In this document: in pieces, positions 50,946 to 60,327 of the stretch
How the letters are laid out: every line of letters starts with the position of its first letter
Position numbering within the stretch: the first letter of the stretch is position 1
Assembly (NCBI GenBank): GCA_000934665.2
Contig: JYFJ02002275.1
Coordinates: 1-60,327 of the forward strand
Direction: 5' to 3'
From: Catajapyx aquilonaris
Taxonomy: Eukaryota
Length of the DNA: 60,327 nucleotides
Position numbers and translations under genes: made by a program
The notes under the pieces: model-generated
Told to the model about the DNA's origin: nothing
What the model saw: the letters and a program-made list of their open reading frames with translations, nothing else
Databases searched by the model: none

Positions 50946-51677
50946 CAGGGTGATCGAAAAAGAATGCTTGGATTTTGAAACGCTATAACTCTAAAACTAG
51001 TAGACATATCTAAATGATTTAAGCTTTAAAAGGCTAAGAAATATCTAACGCTTTGGTCTCACCTTAGTTTGTTTCGATATGAGCTTCATTTGTCGCTCGG
51101 CAGATTTTTTTAAAAAAGATGATATTTGGTCTCGTGCCCAACCCGCTCAATATTACCTGGAGTTACCGTTGCAATCCTATCTCGTAGTTGCTGGATATCT
51201 AGGACCTTTACACCACACACATTGTTCTTGATGATGCACATACTCGTAAAATGTTGCCTCATCCATGAACCAAATCTGCCCAAGAAAAGTTTCATTTGTT
51301 CAGCTCAACGGTTCAGCCCCCCAGTGTGCGAAGTCTTGAATGAGAAGTTTCCCAATGCCTAGCCCCCCATAAGCTCAGATCTTACCCCAATTGACATTTT
51401 GTGGAGATACAAGTATTGTGAAAAGATTCGGCATCTACATCACCTACGGGATAAGGTTGCAACGATAACGCCAGACATGTCTGAGAGGATTTGGCAAGAC
51501 ACCGATTACCGTATTTACATTTTCCGAGCGACAAATGGAGCTCATATCGAAACAAACTATGGTAAGACCAAATCATTAGACCTTTCTTAGCATTTCAAAA
51601 TTTTAATCGTTCTGATATGTCTAAAAGTTTTCGAGTTGCAGGGTTTTCAATTCCGCGCATTCTTTTTCGATCACCTG
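50946..51677. mobile_element. Tc1/mariner foldback composed of two transposase 3' ends
   Basis: TA|CAGGGTGATCGAAAAAGAATGC / GCATTCTTTTTCGATCACCTG|TA. Both arms encode the same C-terminus (LRDRIATVTPGNIERV on -, LRDKVATITPDMSERIWQDTDYRIYIFRATNGAHIE on +). Confidence 0.88.
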
Positions 51678-51987
51678 TATAACTACAGTTATTTTTTGCG
51701 CCACATCTGAAAGATTTTGATCAATAGAAATGTTCAGAGAACAGGTACATGGACCCAAATGCATGATATTATACCTGTGATCTGTTTGAGTGCAAAAACT
51801 TGGTCATGCACCTACATGGCTGGGAATAACCCTGCCTTTTCTTTTAAAATGCTGCCATGCAAAAATTGATCGTGGATGACTGGAACTTAGGGAATGGTGC
51901 CACGCTTACACAAGTGGATACGGTATGAGCTACGAGCATGCAAAATATTTGATGGGCAGGAAGGTCAAGAATGACTTATACAATGTA

Positions 51988-52151
51988 CAGTGTTGGACAT
52001 AAATCGAGGCATATTGCTAGCGACATTTTCCCGAAGCGGCAGAAGAAGGAATCTTGCTCGCCCGGCTTGCAGTATCCTTATCTTCGATTCCTTCTTCTGC
52101 CGCTTCGGGAAAATGTCGCTAGCAATATGCCTCGATTTATGTCCAACACTA
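51988..52151. mobile_element. Young 164-bp hairpin MITE (TA target)
   Basis: ~64-bp essentially perfect arms AGTGTTGGACATAAATCGAGGCATATTGCTAGCGACATTTTCCCGAAGCGGCAGAAGAAGGAATC; TA flanks. Confidence 0.88.
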
Positions 52152-53899
52152 TATGACCCGCTTTGACTGTCCCGAACCACGGCTGGTATGCAGTAGCCGT
52201 TGCCTATGCCCTAGGATAATCTTACAAGGGGTATGTCTGTGCAGGGGAATGCAAAATAATGTGTGTCTTCGTGAACATCGTTAAATTTTTCTGCCTCAAT
52301 ATATCGCACCCGCTTTGGCTCATGGAGGATATAATATTATTGGGTATTAGTTGTGTTTCATGACATACGTATTTGAATCCGGTTGTCCCTCGTAATGTGA
52401 TGTATGCTTGTTATAATATATAATGCTGCCTTTTACGTGGATATTTTATGTAAAATTTAGGCAATGTACGGGACATGTTGCGGTTGAGTGCAAGGGAGAG
52501 GAAAAGACGAAGGAAAGAGTCGGGAATCGGGTTGAGGATAACAAGTGTTATTGGGAGCAGTCGGATTAAAGTCCATGAATAAGCTTTAGCGTGGCCAGGG
52601 AACAAGAATGGGAGTTTGTGATCTCTTCAGTCTTACACATTCCGAGTACTTTTCCCATCCCTTGACTTGCCTCCCTTGTTCCTCTTAAAAGCAGCGGGGC
52701 CGGGCAGGGTGTGGCGTTAGGGTTGATTGCACTTTCTCATAAATTAGCGCTAAAAGGGTTCTTTGGGCCTTCTTGCGGGAGGAGGGGGGGGAGGAAGGCG
52801 GGGAGGAAAAAGAAATAGGCGGGATGACTTGGGGCAGGATGCACTTTTCCTCTCCTTTTCCAACTACTACGCTACTTCTCAGACCTTTTTTTTTTGTCTT
52901 TCTTCCATCTGGAGATTTCCGGTGGCTGATATCACATTTTGGTATTATACACTTCCCTTTTACTGCACATGGATTGCCTTTCTGCTAATATGATATTAGC
53001 TTGAAGTTCTCCGAGTTTTTTAAAAAGGTACATAGGTTATACATGTTTGGAAAAGAACGCTTGCAGTTTACTTGGATTGCTTTTGTTATGTAAATGGGAT
53101 AAATATTATCTTTGACTTTTAAATTCTGTAACAAGTTTAGTGATCAGCCATCAAACGCGAGTAATATATTAGATCTTAATATCCCACCAGTTCAAACATC
53201 CTTTCTCACTGTTTTTCGACACCCTGTACATGTCCTGTCGTATAACTCATGGCATAGACCACGTTGAATAAAAGTTCTCTCAGATCTGGACCAGTGGAAA
53301 TTTTGTGGATGGATGCCTACCTTTCATTCGTGTACAGAACGCAGTAAAGTGTCGTGGTAACTATAACATAAGTGCTAATTACAGGCGGTGATCCTATAGC
53401 TTTGCGGGTCGACATTTGAGCATTCTTTTTGTAGTAAATTGTAACGCCATTTAATCCAGATTGATGCACTTTCCTTCAGGGCAGAGGATATTGTCTATCG
53501 CACCAGATATATTGCCGAGAAAATTGTTTAGTCCATCAATCATATGGAGTGACTGTCTCACCCAGAGTGACATTACTTCAATTTGAGTGCTGGTAGATTG
53601 TTTCCTGACAAAGTGAAGTGAAACGTTAACTGAGGACCTGGATGCCTCAAAGTCATCCTCTTGCAGTTCTAATTCTGCTCATACAGGGTATTTCTAACTG
53701 AAGAAGAAATTTATATGAAAAACCTGTGTCGTGTGATGCTCAGTAAAATATTGTATGCCAGTATATTCTTTCAACAGTTACAGGGGCAGCAAAAATAAAA
53801 CTGCTAATGATGGGCTGAATGGAACATATTTTTAAGGCTCTAATGTAAAAGATTGTTACATTTTGGTGAATGACCCATTTTGAACCTTTAATATTTGCG

Positions 53900-54838
53900 A
53901 TCAAGGAGTGAATACTTATTTTTCAGACCTGGCATCTTTGCAATTGATGTTTACAAAAATTATGCATAAGGTGATATTGAGCTATGTTGAGGAATTCTAG
54001 AAAACAAGTTATACGCGTGTTACAAGGAAATGGATGTCGATATTAAAATTCTGACTTCATATTCACAATCAGCGCCTACTAATACACATGAGAGACACTA
54101 AAAATGGCGCCTAAAGCAAACCCCAATATTGCCCAATAAATTCATAATATTGAGCTATGAAAAGTAGGCCTACTCTCGGGAGAGTAAGACCTGTTACAAG
54201 AAAATTAATGCTGATAGAAACATTTTGACTCCAAATTCAAACTCAGCGCATACTAATACATAGTAAAAAGTGAAAATGGCGCATTTAACAAAATCATTAT
54301 TGGCCATAAAAATATTAGTCATATTGAGCAATGTGCAGTGTACTTTCCGCAAAATAAGGCATGGCTGTTACAAAGACATGGAGGGTGATGGACACTTTCT
54401 GACTTCATATTCGGAATCAGCAGGGGAGGCGGAGTGGTGCTATGGTAACGTATGCGCCCACGGATGTTAAGGTCCAGGGTTCGATCCCAACCCGGGGACA
54501 CCCCCTTCATCTCGTGCAGAGTTCAGGGTCACCTCTGGCTTCGTCTCGGGTGGTATTTCCACAGACTAAACCACCCGGGGGAGTTCACTAAAAATGGCCA
54601 CATTAAGACATTGCACTGCACCTTGCACATCCCCTCCTGTCATCCTGCCCGTGGGCCCGGGCGTTACGTATAAAGGCTCCAATGTACTTACCATAATAAA
54701 TAAAGGTCCGTGCTGCATACCTCAGATGAGGTCAAGCACTACCCCGGACCCCGGAATCGGAATCAGCACATATGAATGCATTAGAAACATCTAAAATGCT
54801 TAATGTGCCAAAAACCTGAAAAACCGTGTTGACTAGTG
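53900..54838. mobile_element. Chapaev3-like element remnant with ~170-190-bp internal repeats, interrupted by a SINE
   Basis: Recurring ATATTGAGC..TGTTACAA..TTCTGACTTCATATTC..ATCAGC modules; right end CCGTGTTGACTAGTG. Left end not found. Confidence 0.5.
54423..54756 (+). mobile_element. tRNA-derived SINE, family A, copy 2 (different 3' tail)
   Basis: GGGGAGGCGGAGTGGTGCTATGG..GGTTCGATCCC; body matches the reverse complement of ~1365-1583; 12-bp TSD tcggaatcagca (54411-54422, 54757-54768). Confidence 0.9.
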
Positions 54839-57800
54839 TTATTGACCGGGAAAGGAGGCGCTAATAGATCAGATTTACACATGAATCAATAATTTATTGA
54901 TTCATGTGTGAATCTGCTCTATTATTGTCCAATTCTGATGTGCTGGTTTTTTTCTTCGGGCCAGTACCAAAACTGGCGGCCTATCCCATCTCCTGTACCC
55001 CATTGGCTCAGAGAGTCAGTCGCATCCAGCTCCCGGACACTTATACTACATTCTGATCTTATCGCCTGCCGGGGAGTTTTGCAGGGGGTGCTCACCTGAG
55101 AGCGCCATAGGACATTTCAGAGCACTGGTATGTGGCGACCCTACCGGACTACTCTGAACTTTATAGGTACGAAAGGGAAGCGCTACATGCGGGCCCAACA
55201 TGGCCGCCGGCGGCCATGTTGGGCCCCCCAATGAAGTAGGGGGTGGGTGGGAGTGACCAGACCTGAGTATTCTAAGATCATGGTCGCATCACAGGTACCC
55301 AGCATGAGACCGGCTGCCTGGCATAGCCGATCACAGCAGTGGCCATATTTGTGCTCGGATCATTCCAGTCTTTGTGTGCAAACAGACTCAATTGGTCGTG
55401 CCAGGTTAAAATTTGTCCTGGTCTCTTTCGCCCCAATTTTGCCCGTGGATCGGTGCGGATGTGAGCCGAGCCTGTGGTGGCCTGTGAAGGCAACGATTTG
55501 TCTATGCCCATCCAAGCGCAAATACGGACGTAAATGACGTTATACGTCGAGCAGCAGTGGTGTAGACTGTAGAGGAAGGAAAATGTCGCTTTTTCTCAGG
55601 AAATGGGTGGATGTCGGAGAATTTCCATTTATATCAGATTTCATTGGTAATTTGACAAAATGTTCGCATGTGGGTGATTCTCCAAAAACTTACCAATTTT
55701 CAAAGCAAGAATTAATGAATTTCAAAACTTGTTTTAAAAATCTGGAAAAATTCTCACTTACTCTATATGAGGTCACAAATCGGAGAAAAATATGGGGAAC
55801 TAACTCTGATATTCTAATGCCAGGAGAGTGAATATTTCCAGGAGTTCGGGAGCCAGAAGAATGACCTATGCATGCAGTAGGATTAATATCACGGTCCAGA
55901 ACAAACGTTGTCTATGGAAATTTCTGTGGGTTCATGGAGACCCTTCATTCCATGGAATCACAGTTATTTCAAAACATTTAAGCTATTATGTGACATAGAA
56001 AGATGAGCCAGGAGTGTGAACTTTTTATTTCCTGGAAAACTCGGGACTCACTTTGGAGTGATGCAGCAAGGTCATGTCAAATGAATATCGTTTTAAAAAT
56101 GTTGTTTTATACCTTCAACTATATACAATTTAATTATAGTATTGAAACTTGTCTAATGTTAATGATAAAATTGCAAGAAAATATAGCATGCTTTAAAATG
56201 AGATCGGGACATGCCAAGAATAGTGATTTTAGGCCCTTTGACATTTTTTGCAGTAAAACTTAATTTAATATTTTTCTTTGTTTTCATGGGGATGGCTAGG
56301 TGTCAACTGCTTCTACAAATGTTTAAAAATCAACTCTCTCAGTCAAGCCATTTTTGAGTTATTATGCCGGGACATGATTGTTATTGGTAAGTTTTTGGAG
56401 AATCACCCATGTACAACCATCATCATCATCTTCTTCTTCACGGCGTTTCTCAACAGACATACAACCATTTATGTGTTTATGTGAGTTTCTGTGCCCAGAA
56501 AGTTCTGGAGAGGTAATTTTGCTTTAACACGACCCACCCTAAATGAGTTAATTAATATTACTTTAAGCCGGGATTTAATTCATTCTTAACAATATGGCTG
56601 TAAGGAAATCATCTTTGTTCACGATGAAAACATGAAAGTGGAATCTTCTGCTGTCGTATAGGGTATAGGCGTAAGCAATAATATTATTTTTCAACTTAAT
56701 TTGTGGTAGTACTACAGCACAAACCAGAAGTTGTTGGCAAAGTGATTAAAGTCAATATTTTTAAATTATGAATATATTGAGTACTTTTGTAAACAATAAT
56801 ATTATGATCAGCCTCCTAATATGCAATTTGACATTGAAATTTATCCCAATGCAATATGCATAACAGTGCAATGGGCCTATTAACCTGTGCCTCGCACATT
56901 CCTTGATTCACGACAAAATGACGTGTGATGGAACTATTGTGGAGCGAGAAGAGGGAATTGAAGCGTTGGCGGCAGCAGTTTCCAGGTAGCATTTCTCATT
57001 CAGCACCAAGACCTGGGGGCTGTTTCGAGGTGCAAGAAATTTATGACGCCGGCCGAAAGAAAGCTCCAAGGAGCTCATTCCTCCTGTCGTCAATAATGAG
57101 AAGCGATGGTTTTCATGGTTAAGGAGGCGAGGAGATGGAGATCCTTGGCGACGTCCTGAATGGCAAAATGGTTTGGGTCGGAAGGACCCTCAGCCCATGG
57201 GACAATTCTCTCCGGGCGTGGAATGCATGGCGCTTTTGATGCTCCTCTTTTCCCATGTAATCAATCTCGGTACGATAATTCTGCCCACGACTAGCTCATG
57301 TTTCCTGCTTGCGGATGGACTGCTCTGGAATTTTTCCTATTTTCAGTAAATTTTGTAGAGTCTTTTTCTTTCAAAGTGGAGGCATAGCAGGAATATGATA
57401 CCGTATGTATATATTTATTTTCTCTAGAAGCTAATTATTTAAGACACCTTGTCTGGGTTTTGTCAAGGAAATGCCTGGCATTAGTGTCACAATAGTTCTC
57501 CGACTTTAGTAATCTCCTCCTCTGAGCGCACTGGATCATGAATCCCCTTTCTCTAATAGCATTTCTCTACCGATAAACCGTGGTGAGGTTGCCTTCCGCT
57601 ACCCCTCTCTCCTTCCTTGCCTCCATTTCTCCTTCCCTTCCTTCCTCTGTCTTTCTTTCCAACTTGCCCCACCACACCACTACTAAGGCAGTGCTTGTCG
57701 AGACAGATTACCCCCGTGCCCCTACTACCGCTTCGTTTTAAAACTGCTATGAACTTAGAGACTCAGATTTCTGACATTCTCAGTACTCTGACATGAGGAC

Positions 57801-59130
57801 TCCTTGTTATGGTGTCCAGAATTCGGTAGGAATAACCTCTCTAATTCGCATAATTTCATTTTATACTTTCCAGAAGGAGTTCAAAATAAACTACAAATGA
57901 CAAACTGGAGATGTGCTCATGTTGCTTTCCAAATGTCATAGTTGGAAACTGTCTGACAAAAATGGATAGGTGGTTTCAACCTGAAGCTATAATTATGATC
58001 AGTAATATTTTGTGCAGTGTGTCAGCAGTGATAATTAACTTCAGTTATTAGACTCTGAATCTCTGGTCCGGCATCTTCACACAAAATCACATTTCCAGTT
58101 TTATCTTCCTCCAAAATTGCACTATGGCAGAGAAGACATTGATTGAAATAGATCCAAAAATACTTAAGTGCGTGGTATTTTCCAAAGTGATGAAAATAAA
58201 ACCGGTGGTAGATTTTGAACGAGTGCTCCAAGACCATACAAGAGACCCACACAAATGATCTCGAGCACAATTACTGCAGTGTTGTCCTTTAAAAATGTCG
58301 CATCAACAAAAGTACAAATCCTGTGGAATCATTCTCATTTACATAATTATATACATGATGGGCCTTTATAAGCCCCTGCATTATAGTGTCCTCTTTATTG
58401 AACGAAAAATAGCGAGAGTTTTGTGTCAGTACTGCTGGAAAATATTCACCTTCTTTATGAGGACAAATACTGGCAATGTAACCACTAAACCACTGTGCCG
58501 GCCTATTGGACGTCAATGTCTAATACCTTCTGGAGGTATGATTGTATCCTGTAATGCTTACATTCGGATATAAATGAAACAACGTGTTTGTCACATCAGT
58601 AAATACTCATATTATTTTCGTGCGTCTTAAGAGGGGATTTATGGGAATAGAATCGTATAAGCAACGAGGAATTAATTACAGGAAAAATCCAGAACTCTTT
58701 TCCATTTACTTCTCTTTAACTTACCCACACTAACATCATGTGCTGGTCAAACTAGGCTTTTGTAAAATGACACCTTGCCGTGGCTTACCCTTACAACTGC
58801 AAATATTTGAAATGTTTCATATTTGACAGAGGTTTCAATTTATTGAGTTCCCCTTGAAAGCGAGCGAATGAAAGGCGACCTGCACACTTTTGGTGATCAA
58901 TAGGCTCCAAATTGAAAAAGCCGAGACCGGAGACCAGGTGACGACCAGAAGTAAACATGCGTGAAATGGAAAATTGAATTGTTGGATGGATAGATGGCTA
59001 GACTTGGGGGGCGTCACGCACTCACAAGGCGCGTGTCAAGTGGTCCTTAGAGTGACGACGTATGGGGGGACATGTTTTTTTATATCTCCCGGCAGCCACA
59101 CACCGACATCTCGCCTACATCTCAGACGAC

Positions 59131-59181
59131 GACAACAACAACAACAACAACAACAACAATAATAATAATAATAATAATAAT
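59131..59181. repeat. (CAA)n(TAA)n microsatellite forming the 3' tail of the adjacent LINE
   Basis: On the minus strand it directly follows AATAAA. Confidence 0.9.
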
Positions 59182-60230
59182 TTATTGCGCCATGGGGGTT
59201 ACCCCTTAGGACGGAGAGAGCTTCCCCAATACAAAATTCTGAACACAATGATACAGTAGAACACAAGTACAATATCATCATAGTATACCAAGGGGTGCTC
59301 AGTACTGCTGATATGCTAACAAATTATAATATAATATCGGCATTTTCCAACAATCGTTTTGCTTTATTAAAAGACACATATAATTAATTTGTACATTTCC
59401 TGGACCGGTATATCGTCCAAAATCCAGTTTAATCTATCAGGTGGGACCGATGGCCATGAAATGAGTAATGTTCTCCTCGGGCCATAAAAAAAGGGCAGTG
59501 TATAACATGTGGTGTATAGTAAAATCTTCATTGATATTGCATAATGAACAGTAGTTCTCTTAGTTGTATTTTGTATCCGTTTATATAGAACCAGGCTGAT
59601 TCATTCCGGAGGTTAGCCAAAAGTCATTGAATGTAGCTGTAAATTGTAGGTTAAATAATTTTCTAGAAATGGGGAATTGTTAAGCAATACATAATTAGCA
59701 TATATCTTTGAATTGTTTAGGTCTGTATAGTCCTGTTGAATCGTTGCATCAATATATGTGATTAGCATCCTTTGGGTGGATATATTCTCTATATTTTGTA
59801 ACCAGCCTAGGATAGACATTGCCATTTTATTAAATTCTCGATTTACCAGCCATGTCCAACTTTTTATAGGGTGGGACTGTGTGTTCGATAGACGATAGTG
59901 CATATTTCAAACTTCTTTTAATTAGCGAGGTTGACTGTATATTTTCTAGTTTAACAAGCCAGCTTGTTAGATTTTTAATTATTTTTAATACTAAAGGTCT
60001 ACAACCTGTCTCCAGCATAACAAAATATCCCGCTGTGTTCTTAGGCAACGTTAGAAATTTTTTGATGAAGAAGGTCTGCTCAATTAAGTCCAGATGCTCA
60101 AGTCCCCAAATAAATGCATTATAAAGAATAAATTGATGCAATTCGGGAATGAAATAGCTTGAAGGCTGTTAAGATTTGCCTTACTCTTAATACTGGTTAA
60201 TACTGGCCACAGGGATGCTATCGCTGCTTT
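59159..60230 (-). mobile_element. 5'-truncated, frameshifted non-LTR retrotransposon (RTE-X-like ORF2 C-terminus)
   Basis: IWGLEHLDLIEQTFFIKKFLTLPKNTAGYFVMLETGCRPL (post-RT region); zinc-knuckle remnant YCSLCNINEDFTIHHML..CPF near 59490-59555; AATAAA and (TTA)n tail. Clade is inferred. Confidence 0.8.
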
Positions 60231-60231
60231 A

Positions 60232-60327
60232 CACTCTTAGCCCGGTCACCTTTATTAAAGGTGACGAAACTGCCTGTTTTGTCACCTTTATTTTAGAAGG
60301 GTACATGGCACCTTTAAAACAAAAGGT
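60232..60327. mobile_element. Left end of a putative EnSpm/CACTA-like element (runs off the window)
   Basis: TA|CACTCTTAG start followed by repeated CACCTTT/AAAGGT subterminal motifs. Confidence 0.45.

Noticed and set aside
59159..59235. LINE 3' end as the partner of the SINE tails
   Set aside because: Only the (TTA)n tail is shared with one SINE copy; the subterminal sequence does not match tails 1-3.

Overview
Eukaryotic genomic DNA, most likely insect (probably non-holometabolous, judging by a Talua/Lm1-like SINE body). About 60 kb appears to be giant intron. One clear host exon lies at 44901-45109 (+) and encodes the C-terminal part of the first Ig domain of a Sidestep/nephrin-like adhesion protein. 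Almost all other ORFs in the track are spurious or transposon remnants. The rest is dense, often nested repeat: non-autonomous DNA elements (piggyBac, hAT, Tc1/mariner, pogo, PIF/Harbinger, Sola-like, Chapaev3-like, EnSpm-like), two Helitrons, a 5'-truncated LINE and at least eight tRNA-derived SINE copies. Most notable are (i) SINE heads/bodies and 3' tails that are combinatorially swapped between copies, several with intact TSDs, plus a V-SINE-like core; (ii) a piggyBac-ended foldback built from mirror-image ~130-bp arrays carrying RGGTCA DR2 motifs; (iii) foldbacks made from two 3' ends of mariner/Tc1 transposase genes; and (iv) nested insertions whose empty sites can be read within the window. 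I found no new protein-coding system.
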